Shown here piece after piece: positions 38,701-47,983 of a DNA stretch of 64,000 nt (the first letter of the stretch is position 1; each line of letters opens with the position of its first letter). This DNA comes from Acidimicrobiia bacterium (GTDB taxonomy: Bacteria; Actinomycetota; Acidimicrobiia; Spongiisociales; ZC4RG35). The notes under the pieces were generated by a model. That model was not told where the DNA came from, made no database searches, and saw only the letters and a list, made by a program, of their open reading frames with translations. The translations under genes and the position numbers were made by a program. The stretch is from contig CBDBCY010000004.1 of NCBI GenBank assembly GCA_965203555.1, positions 1,344,001-1,408,000 on the forward strand. Direction: 5' to 3'.

Positions 38701-38744
38701 ACGGACAGGACGTGCTGCAGTTGGTGAGGTCGCACCAATCTTGA
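35733..38744 (+). CDS. UvrD/Rep (UvrD2-like) ATP-dependent helicase with N-terminal extension and two HRDC domains
   Basis: APAGSGKT, LVDEFQD, VGDDDQTIY, NYRC, SIHRVKGLEW and EERRVLHVAITR; two LR.WR...GIGP.KL..YG HRDC units. Confidence 0.9.
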   Translation: MTFPGPELLGRGVVVPAGSRSPLEGTPTVVVDERVLANPQALEELVDELHRAWVQRRPVTVELDVDASEVRRPVVEKRAPWMLGPRYLPLLERLHFLVWANNWDARNGEPIWWWGRKAARLGARIGGPADIILPGGEHAWVDGGPRSPLDVPVVHSQTVEQGRLTIQPPATGSRADLADDQRAAVEHPGGSVRVIAPAGSGKTRTLGARLLHLVDDRGVEPGIVTAVAYNNRAAREMRERLRRHDLHIRTIHSLGWAIIREVRPDATLLDERGVRARIRNMVPKRPQPNTDVIGPYLEGLSEIRIALRDPTEVEENRSDVEGLAGLFRSYRSLLHSRNEIDYDEQIYGAIELLLAEPDLRGRWQRRCRHLLVDEFQDLTPAYLLLLRLLASPELSVFGVGDDDQTIYGYAGADPRFLIDFDRYFPGAGVSALTINYRCPSEVVTAASRLLSHNRIRVTKTIEAAPDSGRGSFRVITPGRGQMAVDAEKIITKWLTEEDVPPGKIAVLARVNSALLPILAALDKRGVPFRSQLDTGLLNRTTMRATLAWIRLALHTDSMTRSDLMEAVRRPARRINRLASELIPPGNTSLTGLAALGRRLDDRKAATWRRFVNAIEEAAQVAKQGDSGVLLDFLSGEIGLGRVAHTLDAKRGKADRSTHTDDLVALRRAAVSYPDLPTFESSLRRLLGRGPSQEPGVLATSIHRVKGLEWDRVVVFGVDAGLVPHLLSKDIEEERRVLHVAITRCRDEAVVVAERGRESPFLPELTRTFSPVPDRIPGHLLAPHPTAVTSGGTRPQQGDPQTPRSRRTEDAAEQDAPFDAVLYESLRQWRLAVAREHNIAAFIVLYNRTLEEIARTQPRTETELLQVTGIGPRKLAEYGRDILRIVTSHDAQSEELAENSETRTPRAARTPAQPAGPPPPGPPPPDPVPTADNALLDALRRWRADMARRNQLPAYAILNNRTLEEVCRIQPNTETDLLRIYGIGPQKLAKYGQDVLQLVRSHQS

Positions 38745-39144
38745 TAGAGACCTGGGATCAACCCCAAGTGCAACAAGACCCGCTCGGGGAAAACCATGCG
38801 TCGCCTTCTCAAGAAAAGGCAAAAGTACCTTCGGCGACAGCTTGCCGTTTGTCCCACTGGTGCTCCATAGTGACTGATAGCCGAAACTCCCACGGCCCGA
38901 TACGGCGTCGCTCGGGCACAGGGATCATATTGCCGAAACGCCCCTTCCCAAGGGATCGGTCAAACGCGTCTCGGCCCAAGGGGGTGGTGGTGGGAGTTGG
39001 GCCCAATGAAGAAACCGACAGCAAACGTTTTTCGCGGGTTAGCGTGCGAGAGCCACGGGGAGGACGGTCAGCAACGCTTGTTACCCGGTAAGAGTCCTAG
39101 CCTTGCATTCATCCTACGGGAAACAATCGAGAGGAGCGCCGGAG

Positions 39145-39558
39145 ATGCACCACTGGAACGAATGGAACCAACAGGTCATCAAGGAATTCCGAACCAAGGG
39201 AGGAAGAGCGGAGGGAATGCTGAAGGGAATGCCCCTGTTGCTGTTGCATCACATTGGCGCCAAGACGCAAACCAGGCGCATAAGTCCGCTCGTGTACCTG
39301 GCAGTCGCAGGGGGCTATGCCATTTTTGCCTCGAAGGGGGGACATCCCACCAACCCCGACTGGTATCACAACCTGCTCTCCAACCCCGAGACCGAGGTGG
39401 AGGTCGGTGAGGAGACTGTCCCGGTGCGGGCCCGGATAACGGAGGGAGCGGAGCGGGAGCGGATCTGGACCAGGCAAAAAGAGCTCTATACCAACTTCGC
39501 CGACTACGAAGCGAAAACCTCCCGCCAGATTCCAGTCATAGTGCTCGACCGGATCTGA
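39145..39558 (+). CDS. F420H2-dependent nitroreductase/quinone reductase (Ddn/FDOR-A)
   Basis: N.QVI.EFR, ASKGG..NPDWYHNL..NP and RQIPV. Confidence 0.92.
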   Translation: MHHWNEWNQQVIKEFRTKGGRAEGMLKGMPLLLLHHIGAKTQTRRISPLVYLAVAGGYAIFASKGGHPTNPDWYHNLLSNPETEVEVGEETVPVRARITEGAERERIWTRQKELYTNFADYEAKTSRQIPVIVLDRI

Positions 39559-39656
39559 AGCCCCGCCGGGACCCCCTCCCGCGCGGCGCCGATTCTCCCT
39601 TCTTGCAACTCTCTAGCCTTATCTCTTAGAAGCACCACAGAAAGGAACAGAACAGG

Positions 39657-40070
39657 ATGCGCGACTACAACGCGTGGAACAAGGAAGTGATCGAGGAATT
39701 CCGGGCGAATGGCGGATGGGCCGGAGGGATGCTGAAGGGAATGCCGCTTCTGCTGCTGTACAACCTCGGCGCCAGGACCGGCGCCCTGCGGATCAACCCG
39801 CTCGCCTACCAGAAGGTGGAGGGCGGCTATGCCATTTTCGGCTCCAAGGGCGGTTCTCCCACCAATCCCGCCTGGTATCACAACCTGATGGCCAACCCCC
39901 AGGTCAAGGTGGAGCTCGGCACGGAGAGCTTCATGGTCAGAGCCCGTCTGACGGAAGGTGAAGAGCGGGAGCGGATCTGGACCCAACAGAAGATCGACTT
40001 CCCACAGTTCGCCGAGTACGAAACCAAGACCTCCCGCCAGATCCCGGTGATCGTGCTCGAACCCATCTAG
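39657..40070 (+). CDS. F420H2-dependent nitroreductase (Ddn/FDOR-A), tandem paralog
   Basis: GSKGG..NPAWYHNLMANP and RQIPV. Confidence 0.92.
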   Translation: MRDYNAWNKEVIEEFRANGGWAGGMLKGMPLLLLYNLGARTGALRINPLAYQKVEGGYAIFGSKGGSPTNPAWYHNLMANPQVKVELGTESFMVRARLTEGEERERIWTQQKIDFPQFAEYETKTSRQIPVIVLEPI

Positions 40071-40107
40071 GTCCGGTTTCCCTGGAGAACTGCGAAGAGG
40101 TCGCCTG

Positions 40108-41730
40108 ATGTACCGGCATCCGATCCGCTGGGAGTCGCGGCGCTCGCCGATTCTTTCCACCCGCGGCGCGGTCGCCTCCAGTCAGCCGCTGGCCACCATG
40201 GCCGGGGTGACGGTCCTGCAGGCCGGCGGCAACGCCGCCGACGCGGCGGTTGCGGCGGCTGCGGCTCTGGCGGTGGCGGAACCGGGCTCTACCGGTATCG
40301 GAGGCGACTGCTTCGCGCTCTTCCACAGGGCTTGCGACGGTGCGGTCCACGCGGTGAACGGCAGCGGAAGAAGCCCCGGGGAACTGACGCCCGAACGCGC
40401 CGGGGGTCCAAATGGCTTTGATCCCCAGGGCGCCATGGCGGTGACAGTCCCGGGGACGATCGCAGGGTGGGCGGACACTGTTGAACGGTTCGGCACGATG
40501 CCGCTGGCCGAGGTGCTGGCGCCCGCCATCAAGCTGGCCGAGGACGGGTTCCCGGTCACGCCCATCATCAGCCGCGGTTGGCAACGGCAGGAGGGACTCT
40601 TGAGAAGCAGGGGTCCGGCCGGCCACGATCTGCTGCTCGGCAATCGCGCCCCGCGGGCCGGGGAGATCTGGAGCAATCCCCCCATCGCCGGTGTGATGAG
40701 GACTGTGTCCGAAGGGGGTCCCGCCGCCTTCTACGACGGCGCTGCGGCCCGCCGGATAGTCGAGGCCATTCAGATGAACGGCGGTTGCATGACCATGGAT
40801 GACCTGCGGGATCACCGTTCCACCTTCGAAGCTCCGATCTCCACCACCTACCGCCACCACACCATCTACGAGTGCCCACCCAACGGGCAGGGCGTCACCG
40901 CGCTGATGGCCTTGAACATCCTGGAGGGATACGACCTGGCTTCAACCCGTCCACGGTCGGTGGAGGCGCTTCACCCTGTCATCGAAGCGATCCGCCTCGC
41001 CTTCGCCGATGCCCGCGCCTACATTGCCGACCCGGCCCGTGTCCGGGTGCCGATCGATGCGATGCTGAGCAAGCGATACGCGGCCGGGCGACGGAGGCTC
41101 ATCTCGGCCGACGCCGCCCTCGGATTGGCCGCGGCAGGGTCAATGCCCGGCGGGGCCGACACGGTGTACCTGTGCGCCGTCGACGGCGAGGGCAACGCCT
41201 GCTCCTTCATCAACAGCAACTATCACGGGTTCGGAACCGGCATAGTGCCCCGCAACTGCGGTTTCAGCCTGCAGAACCGGGGCGCCGGATTCACTCTGGA
41301 GCCCGGTCATCCCAACGCCCTGGGGGCGGGCAAGCGTCCCTACCACACCATCATGCCCGCCATGCTCACCCGCCCCGACGGATCGCTGTTCGGCCCGTTC
41401 GGCGTGATGGGCGGATGGAACCAGCCGCAGGGTCACACGCAGGTTGTGATCAGCCTGATCGACCGTGAAATGGATCCGCAGGCCGCCATCGACGAACCGC
41501 GCTTTTCGATCTTCGCCGATCCTCCCAACGGTGACGTCTGGGTGGAGGACGCGATACCCGCCTCCACCATCAGTGGCCTCGCCCAACTCGGGCATCCGGT
41601 TCGACCGGCATCGGGCGTCCTTCGCGCCGGGGTGGTCGGCCAGGGACAGATCATCGTCCGGGACCCCGAAAGCGGCGTTCTGTGGGCGGGTTCCGATCCC
41701 CGGGGGGACGGCTGCGCGATCGGCATCTGA
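40108..41730 (+). CDS. Gamma-glutamyltransferase family (YwrD/HpxW-like Ntn hydrolase)
   Basis: GGNAADAA, TGIGGD, DTVYL (Thr nucleophile), KRPYHT, GVMGG..QPQG and SDPRGDG. Confidence 0.92.
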   Translation: MYRHPIRWESRRSPILSTRGAVASSQPLATMAGVTVLQAGGNAADAAVAAAAALAVAEPGSTGIGGDCFALFHRACDGAVHAVNGSGRSPGELTPERAGGPNGFDPQGAMAVTVPGTIAGWADTVERFGTMPLAEVLAPAIKLAEDGFPVTPIISRGWQRQEGLLRSRGPAGHDLLLGNRAPRAGEIWSNPPIAGVMRTVSEGGPAAFYDGAAARRIVEAIQMNGGCMTMDDLRDHRSTFEAPISTTYRHHTIYECPPNGQGVTALMALNILEGYDLASTRPRSVEALHPVIEAIRLAFADARAYIADPARVRVPIDAMLSKRYAAGRRRLISADAALGLAAAGSMPGGADTVYLCAVDGEGNACSFINSNYHGFGTGIVPRNCGFSLQNRGAGFTLEPGHPNALGAGKRPYHTIMPAMLTRPDGSLFGPFGVMGGWNQPQGHTQVVISLIDREMDPQAAIDEPRFSIFADPPNGDVWVEDAIPASTISGLAQLGHPVRPASGVLRAGVVGQGQIIVRDPESGVLWAGSDPRGDGCAIGI

Positions 41731-41824
41731 GCCCGATTCGGCGGGCCTTCGATGCGGCAGGGTCGATGAAAAAAGCTCGTATCCCGGCCGGTCGCGGACC
41801 TCTCCGATCCGGCCGGGGAGTGTG

Positions 41825-43288
41825 TCATCCGCTCCCGGCCTCGGCGTCCGAACAAGATGCGGCGAGAACGCAGGGGTGAACCTCGATGATCGCCCGCAGA
41901 GGTAAATACCGAACGCCCCACTGCTCGGTGGATTCCTGCCCTTCCTGGCTGATGGTCCGGGTTACCCTCACTGTCCAGCCGTGCACCGCCGGCTGACGGT
42001 ATCTTCGCTGATCCACCGCCAACCTCGGATTGGCGCGATACAACGGTTCGGGCGGCGACCTCCAGTTGAGTCGCCTGGATACTTCGGCGGTCACCACTCT
42101 CGCTTGCGACCCTCCCGGCGTCACCACCTCCAATCGACCCTCCTTGTCCTTCCATTCCCCCACCACGAACCTGCCGTCGTTGTCACCGAAGAACTTCACG
42201 GTCAGAGACGTATCCGTGTACTCGGTCTTGATTATCACATTCCGGGAGGTGTCGTTCCGAAACACCAGGTCCAGGTACGGCCAGTTGATGGTGGCTTCTA
42301 TGCCCTCCGGATAGCGTGAGAAGTAGCTGCTGTGGGGCTTGTGCTCGACGTCCTGGTAACCACCCCAGAAGACCGCGTTGTAGAACGTGGTGGCGAATTG
42401 GCTTACCCCTCCCCCCACGGTGCTGACCAGCGTTCCGTTGATCAGGGTGCCCGCTCCCAGGAAACCCTTGCTCCTGGTCCGCTGCCCGACATGATCGTTG
42501 AGGCTGAAGGTCTCGCCGGGCGGCACCACCGCGCCGTCGACGGCATCGGCGAACAAATGGATGTTGGTCACCCGGGCATGGCAGCACGGGTGATGGGTGG
42601 TGTACTGTGAAACCAGGTGAAGGACTCCCTGACCGTCGGCGTCCTCTATGAATTCGATTGTGGGAACCAACTTAAGCGCCCGAGCGAGAAAAGTCGCCAT
42701 CTGGGCGCGGGTTACGGTACCTGCGGGACAGTACCTCGCCGGAGCCACGCCGCATCCCACGGTGATGCCCGAAGCGGCCAACGCGTTGATGTCCTCCTCG
42801 TGAGGATTGCCCGCCGTGTCGGCAAACCCGGCGGAGTCGGCCGGTTCGAGCGCAAAGGCGCGGGTCAGGAAACTGGCCATTTCGGCGCGGGTGACCGACT
42901 GGCTGGGGCAGTACATAAGGGGATCAACCTCACAACCCACGGTGATCCCCAACTCCGCGAGTCTCTCCACATAGCCCGCCCACCACGCGCCCTTCTCCAC
43001 GTCGGCGAAGATCGTAAACTCGGTTTCAGGGGGCGACTGACCGTCCACAGCCCGCACCAACCACACCGCCATCACCCAACGACTCAGCGGCTCGTCGGGG
43101 CAAAATGCTCCCTCGGCGCACCCGGTGTCGGCAAGAATGCCGTCGGCTTCGAGCGCCTCCACAGCTGCCGCGTGCGGCCCCGCCGCAGCGACGTCGGCGA
43201 AATCAGACACGCGGGCGGCGGCAGGCGGTAGCGCCGTTGTCGCCACGACAACGGACACCAAAATCAAATTAATGGAGAAACGAAACAT
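41825..43288 (-). CDS. Secreted SLH-domain + VanW-domain protein
   Basis: Signal peptide, three SLH-like units (FCP..SR..MA, YCP..VTRAEMA, YCP..VTRAQMA) and VanW motifs FSLN, GGGVSQ..TT and HS.Y..RYP.G.EA. Confidence 0.88.
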   Translation of the reverse strand: MFRFSINLILVSVVVATTALPPAAARVSDFADVAAAGPHAAAVEALEADGILADTGCAEGAFCPDEPLSRWVMAVWLVRAVDGQSPPETEFTIFADVEKGAWWAGYVERLAELGITVGCEVDPLMYCPSQSVTRAEMASFLTRAFALEPADSAGFADTAGNPHEEDINALAASGITVGCGVAPARYCPAGTVTRAQMATFLARALKLVPTIEFIEDADGQGVLHLVSQYTTHHPCCHARVTNIHLFADAVDGAVVPPGETFSLNDHVGQRTRSKGFLGAGTLINGTLVSTVGGGVSQFATTFYNAVFWGGYQDVEHKPHSSYFSRYPEGIEATINWPYLDLVFRNDTSRNVIIKTEYTDTSLTVKFFGDNDGRFVVGEWKDKEGRLEVVTPGGSQARVVTAEVSRRLNWRSPPEPLYRANPRLAVDQRRYRQPAVHGWTVRVTRTISQEGQESTEQWGVRYLPLRAIIEVHPCVLAASCSDAEAGSG

Positions 43289-43686
43289 TTCCTAAACCTT
43301 CAACTAGAGGTTTATATTCTTGTGCAACAGGAGACTATACCTAAAGACTCGCGAAAAACCCCTGCCGTTACAGATATCGTGCCGTTTTACTCCCGAATAT
43401 CGCGAAAAACGCCGCCGAATGACGGGAAAAGACCGGGACTGGGAGATAATCAACTCAGGAGATCGATACCTCTGGGTAAGGTGAATACCGACCAGCCTTG
43501 CCTTTTGACAAGGGAGCGAAGTAAGAAACCTACGGTGCCGGACCTCATCGGAAAGGGTTTTTCCAAGCCGAAACCAATCCGATCGCCTCTTCCGTGCATT
43601 TCGCCTCCCGCCTCTCTTCGCTAGATTCACATCCGACCCCCGCCGGGCGGCCCAGCATCCACCCACCATCGCAGAAACGTAGCCCC

Positions 43687-44943
43687 ATGAGACATCCCCC
43701 GGAAAAACCCCTCGCTCCACACCCCGCCGGGAACCCGATTCCCTGGGCCGTGGTCCTGGCCGGGGCGGCCATCGCCTTCCTGGTAATGGGGACCCGCCAG
43801 ACATTCGGCATCTTCTTGACGGCGGTGACCGAAGAACTGGGGTCGGGACGGGAACCCTACAGCTTGGCGGTGGCCATCCTCAGTCTCCTGATGGGTGTCC
43901 CCGCCGGCGGCTACCTGGCTGATCGGTTCAACCCTCGCTGGGTGCTGTTGAGCTTTTCCGTGATCTTTGGGATCGCCATGCTGGGGGTTGCCCGTCTCTC
44001 ATCCGCGGCCGGTCTGCTGTTCTTTTTGGGGATACTGGGAGGAATCGGTTTCAGCGGAGTGTCTCTGGCGCTGGTAATGGGCGCGGTGGGCAAACTGGTT
44101 CCGGCGCACCGCCGGTCATCGATGCTGGGGGTGATAACGGCCGGCGCCTCGGTGGGGATGTTCCTGACCGTGCCGATCGCCCAGGTGGGCCGTGAAGAGA
44201 TCGGATGGCGATGGAGCTTTGGCGTCATCGCCGTTTCGGGCCTGCTCATCGCGGCCCTGGCGTTCTTCTTTCCCGGACGCGGCGGTGGGGCGCCCCACAG
44301 CGAGGACGCGGTTGACGAGACATTCGTGGAGACTCTCCGCAACGCTCGGCGCAACCGAAGCTACCTGCTGCTCATCTCCGGATTCTTCGTCTGCGGGTTT
44401 CACGTCAGCTTCATAGCGATCCATCTTCCCGCCTACCTGACCGACAGCGGGCTCAGCGGCCGCGTGGCGTCCCTGGCTTTGGCGATGATCGGACTGTTCA
44501 ACATCATCGGCTCGCCCTTTTTCGGACGATTGGGAGACAGCTATCGAAAACGCACCCTGCTTTCGGTGCTCTACGGCCTCCGGGGGGTGCTGATGGTCGC
44601 CTTACTGCTGGCGCCTCTGACTCCGTTCACCGCCATCCTGTTCGGCGCCGCCATGGGACTGGTGTGGCTGGGCACCGTTCCCCTCACCTCGGCCACCGTG
44701 GCTCACCTACTGGGTGCCCGCTACCTGACCACCATGTTCGGACTGGTGTTCTTCTCCCACCAGGTGGGAGGGTTCCTGGGGGTGTGGCTGGGAGGACGGG
44801 TATTCGACGCCACCGGCTCCTACCTTCCGATCTGGCTGATCGCCATCGGCCTGGCCGCCGCCGCAGTGCTTATCCATCTCCCCATCCAGGATCAGAGCCG
44901 GGTATTGCGGGCCGCACCCGCCGTGGCGGAAGCGAAGACGTGA
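43687..44943 (+). CDS. MFS transporter
   Basis: Multi-TM, G.LADRF, GFFVCGFH and HQVGGFLG; start uncertain. Confidence 0.9.
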   Translation: MRHPPEKPLAPHPAGNPIPWAVVLAGAAIAFLVMGTRQTFGIFLTAVTEELGSGREPYSLAVAILSLLMGVPAGGYLADRFNPRWVLLSFSVIFGIAMLGVARLSSAAGLLFFLGILGGIGFSGVSLALVMGAVGKLVPAHRRSSMLGVITAGASVGMFLTVPIAQVGREEIGWRWSFGVIAVSGLLIAALAFFFPGRGGGAPHSEDAVDETFVETLRNARRNRSYLLLISGFFVCGFHVSFIAIHLPAYLTDSGLSGRVASLALAMIGLFNIIGSPFFGRLGDSYRKRTLLSVLYGLRGVLMVALLLAPLTPFTAILFGAAMGLVWLGTVPLTSATVAHLLGARYLTTMFGLVFFSHQVGGFLGVWLGGRVFDATGSYLPIWLIAIGLAAAAVLIHLPIQDQSRVLRAAPAVAEAKT

Positions 44944-44947
44944 CGGG

Positions 44948-46195
44948 GTGACCGTCACGCCCTCCGGGGTGCCCGACGCCGGCCCGGAGAAACTTGGCGC
45001 CGCCGCCTCATCTCGGATCCCGTGGGCGATGGTGCTGGCCGGGGCGGTGATCGGTCTGTTGTCCATGGGGATTCGCCAGTCGCTGGGGGTGTTCCTCCTG
45101 GCGGTCTCTGAGGACCTGGGACCGGGACGGGAGCCGTTCAGCCTGGCGGTGGCGGTGCTCAGCTTCCTGATGGGTTTGCCGGTTGCCGGGTACCTGGCGG
45201 ACCGCTACGACCACCGACGGGTCCTCTGGGTGTGCTCTCTCCTCTACGGCGGGGCCATGGTGATGGTCTCCCAACTCCACTCCTCGGCGGGCCTGGTGCT
45301 CTATCTGGGGGTGGTGGCGGGCCTCGGCACCAGCGGCCTGTCCTTCGGCGTGCTGATGGGCGCCGTGGGAAGGCTGGTGCCCGTGGATCGGCGGTCGGCG
45401 ATGATGGGAGTGGTTGCGGCCGGAACCTCGATGGGAATGCTGCTGGTGGCGCCCGCCGCCCAGTTCGGCCTGGAGGCATTCGGCTGGCGGGCTTCGTTCG
45501 CCACCATGGGGGCTGTGGTCCTGGTCATGAGTTCCCTGGCGTTCCTGTTTCCCCGCCAGGCGACCATGCAGGCCGCACAGGACGGATTCATCGACGAGCC
45601 CTTTTCCGTCGCCGTGCGCAAGGCCCGCCGGAACCGGAGCTACCTGCTGCTCACCGCCGGTTTCTTCGTGAACGGGTTCCACATCGGGATGATCGTCACC
45701 CATCTTCCCGCCTATCTGATAGACGGAGGGATATCCGGGACGGTGGCATCGGTGGTGCTGGCGGTGATCGGCGGAATCAACGTTTTCAGCTCACCCCTGT
45801 TCGGGCGGCTGGGCGACAGGCTGCGCAAACGAAACCTGCTGATGCTCATCTACGGGACGAGGGCCGTGCTGATCGCCGCGCTGCTGATCCTTCCCCTCAG
45901 CACGGCGACGGCCCTCGGGTTCGGCGTCTGCATCGGGGTGATGTGGATGGGTGCGGTGCCGCTGACCTCGGCCACGGTAGCTCATCTGCTGGGCGCCCGT
46001 TACCTCTCGGCACTCTTCGGCGTGGTCTTCTTCTCCCACCAGATCGGCGCCTCCATAGGAGGATGGCTGCCCGGCCGGGTGTTCGACGCCACCGGCTCCT
46101 ACCTGCCGGTCTGGCTGCTGGCCATCGGGCTCTCGGTGGCGGCCTTCTTCATCCACCTCCCCATCCGGGACCGAGGCGCCGCCGCCGGAGGCTAG
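44948..46195 (+). CDS. MFS transporter, tandem paralog
   Basis: Same motifs as the upstream gene (REPFSLAVA, RRNRSYLLL, FDATGSYLP). Confidence 0.9.
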   Translation: MTVTPSGVPDAGPEKLGAAASSRIPWAMVLAGAVIGLLSMGIRQSLGVFLLAVSEDLGPGREPFSLAVAVLSFLMGLPVAGYLADRYDHRRVLWVCSLLYGGAMVMVSQLHSSAGLVLYLGVVAGLGTSGLSFGVLMGAVGRLVPVDRRSAMMGVVAAGTSMGMLLVAPAAQFGLEAFGWRASFATMGAVVLVMSSLAFLFPRQATMQAAQDGFIDEPFSVAVRKARRNRSYLLLTAGFFVNGFHIGMIVTHLPAYLIDGGISGTVASVVLAVIGGINVFSSPLFGRLGDRLRKRNLLMLIYGTRAVLIAALLILPLSTATALGFGVCIGVMWMGAVPLTSATVAHLLGARYLSALFGVVFFSHQIGASIGGWLPGRVFDATGSYLPVWLLAIGLSVAAFFIHLPIRDRGAAAGG

Positions 46196-46289
46196 GGTGT
46201 CCCCCCACAACCGTCACCTCGCCACAGGATCCTTGCGTTCGGCCCTCGGATGAGAGGCACGCCGCTGCTCCGTGCGGCGTGGTCAAGGG

Positions 46290-46670
46290 CATAAGTCAAC
46301 ATGGTATGGAACGCCCGGGTGGAACCCACCCAGTTCCATTCGTCCCGGCGGCCCCGCAGGGTAGTGTCCGACACCCGCCCGCCCATCAGTCGTTCGGTGG
46401 TCACCCATGAACAACCGGTCACCAACCGGATCAGAATCCTCTCGAAACACACCCGATCCCGAATGCGGGGGTTGTGGCATCCCAGCGGATGGGTGTCCTC
46501 CCGTTCCGGTAACCGGCCTTTCACCGCTTCCCACACCATTTCCACCACTTTTAGGATCAAGCGCACGCATAATTAGAGTCCTCCACCAGTTGGGGGTTGA
46601 GATTACAACTCCGTATCAAAACGGAGCCAACACCTCAACTGGTGGATTTACACCTACCCGCGAGGCCCTA
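46290..46670 (-). pseudogene. IS5-family transposase 5' remnant with leader hairpin
   Basis: MRALD/VWEAV...HPLGCHNPRI.DRVCF..IL.RLVTGCSW...VSDTTLR.RRDEW with frameshift and truncation; TCCACCAGTTG/CAACTGGTGGA inverted repeat at 46582-46646. Confidence 0.8.
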
Positions 46671-46735
46671 AGGCACCCATCGGTAAAAGATTTAGTGTTT
46701 TTTTTTGACAGGTTGGTGATGTTGGGGGGTGTTTT

Positions 46736-46756
46736 GTCACACCGGTTTGGCATGCT
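46736..46756 (+). promoter_or_regulatory. PafBC/RecA-ND-type promoter candidate
   Basis: TGTCAC-N10-CATGCT, followed by 6 nt and then ATG 46763. Confidence 0.5.
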
Positions 46757-46762
46757 GTGTTC

Positions 46763-47983
46763 ATGGTTAGAACAGCAGTGAAGGGGCGGGTCGTCAACGA
46801 GATCGAGGTGGTCTTGCCGAACCTGTCGGTGGGCGATGCCACCTTGGAACAGTTACAGGATCGGTTGGTTTCCACTTTCCGAGCCGAGAACCAGGCGGCT
46901 GCGGTCCGTGCGGAGACGTTGGCGGAGTTAACCCGCCGAGAAGGAGCTCATTTGACGGAGAACACCCTCCGGGAGGCGGGTTTGCGACCCCGCCGCAAGG
47001 CCCGCTCCGAGGTAGAGACCGCCAAAGAACTAGAAGAGCTACCCAAGACATCAGAGGGCCTGCGCGAGGGGAAGATCCCCTATGACAACGCCCGTATCCT
47101 GGCCAGGGCCTCCCAACGGGGAGAGATAGACGAGAACGACCTGGTGCCCAAGGCTCGCACCCAGCCTCCGGACAAGTTCGCGGGAACGGTCCGTAAGTAT
47201 GAGCAGGAGCGGTCCGAAGATGATGGTGTGTCGCGCCTGGAGCATCAGAAGTCCCGGCGGTATGCCAAGATCCGCACCGACCTGAACGATGGCATGACGG
47301 TGTTGTACGGTCGGTTCGATCCTCTCACGGGTGCTCTCCTCGAGACCGCTCTGTCACAGAAGATGAACGAACTATGGCGTGAAGAAGACCCCCGTGCGAG
47401 GCGGACCCCCGGCCAACGGATGGCCGATGCCCTGGCGGGGTTGGTCACCCGAGAAGACACCGACGAAGAAAACAGTAGCCCGAGGGGGCCGAGGTTGTTG
47501 CTGATCGCCGACTACGACGTGGTCTCCCGGGAGCTACGCAACGGACGCCTCGGCGACGGGACCCCCATCCCCGTGGAAAAGATCCGGGACCTGGCCTGCC
47601 AATCCGACATTTTGCCCGGGATCTTCCGCGGGGTGTCACAACCATTGGACCTGGGACGGTCACGACGGACCGCCAGCGCCGCCCAACGCACAGCTCTCAT
47701 AGCCCGGGACAAGGCGTGTGTGGGATGCGGCGCCACCTCGAACTGGTGTCAGGCCCATCACATAGTCCCGTGGGCAATACAGGGCAACACCGACCTCGAC
47801 GATATGTGTTTGTTGTGCTCCCGCTGTCACCACAAGGTCCACGACGACCAATGGGTCGTGCGCCGGTCACCAACCGGCAAATACTCACTCCGACCGCCCC
47901 TGAAACACCACCGGAGAACACGCACCCGCAACAAAACCCAATACCGACGACACCCCCGGAGCGGCTTCAAACAACGAAAATGA
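46763..47983 (+). CDS. DUF222 + HNH endonuclease (13E12/REP13E12-like)
   Basis: QRMADAL, LACQS, LDLGR and RDKAC..C..CQAHH..W..G.TDLDDMCLLC..CH.KVH. Confidence 0.9.
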   Translation: MVRTAVKGRVVNEIEVVLPNLSVGDATLEQLQDRLVSTFRAENQAAAVRAETLAELTRREGAHLTENTLREAGLRPRRKARSEVETAKELEELPKTSEGLREGKIPYDNARILARASQRGEIDENDLVPKARTQPPDKFAGTVRKYEQERSEDDGVSRLEHQKSRRYAKIRTDLNDGMTVLYGRFDPLTGALLETALSQKMNELWREEDPRARRTPGQRMADALAGLVTREDTDEENSSPRGPRLLLIADYDVVSRELRNGRLGDGTPIPVEKIRDLACQSDILPGIFRGVSQPLDLGRSRRTASAAQRTALIARDKACVGCGATSNWCQAHHIVPWAIQGNTDLDDMCLLCSRCHHKVHDDQWVVRRSPTGKYSLRPPLKHHRRTRTRNKTQYRRHPRSGFKQRK

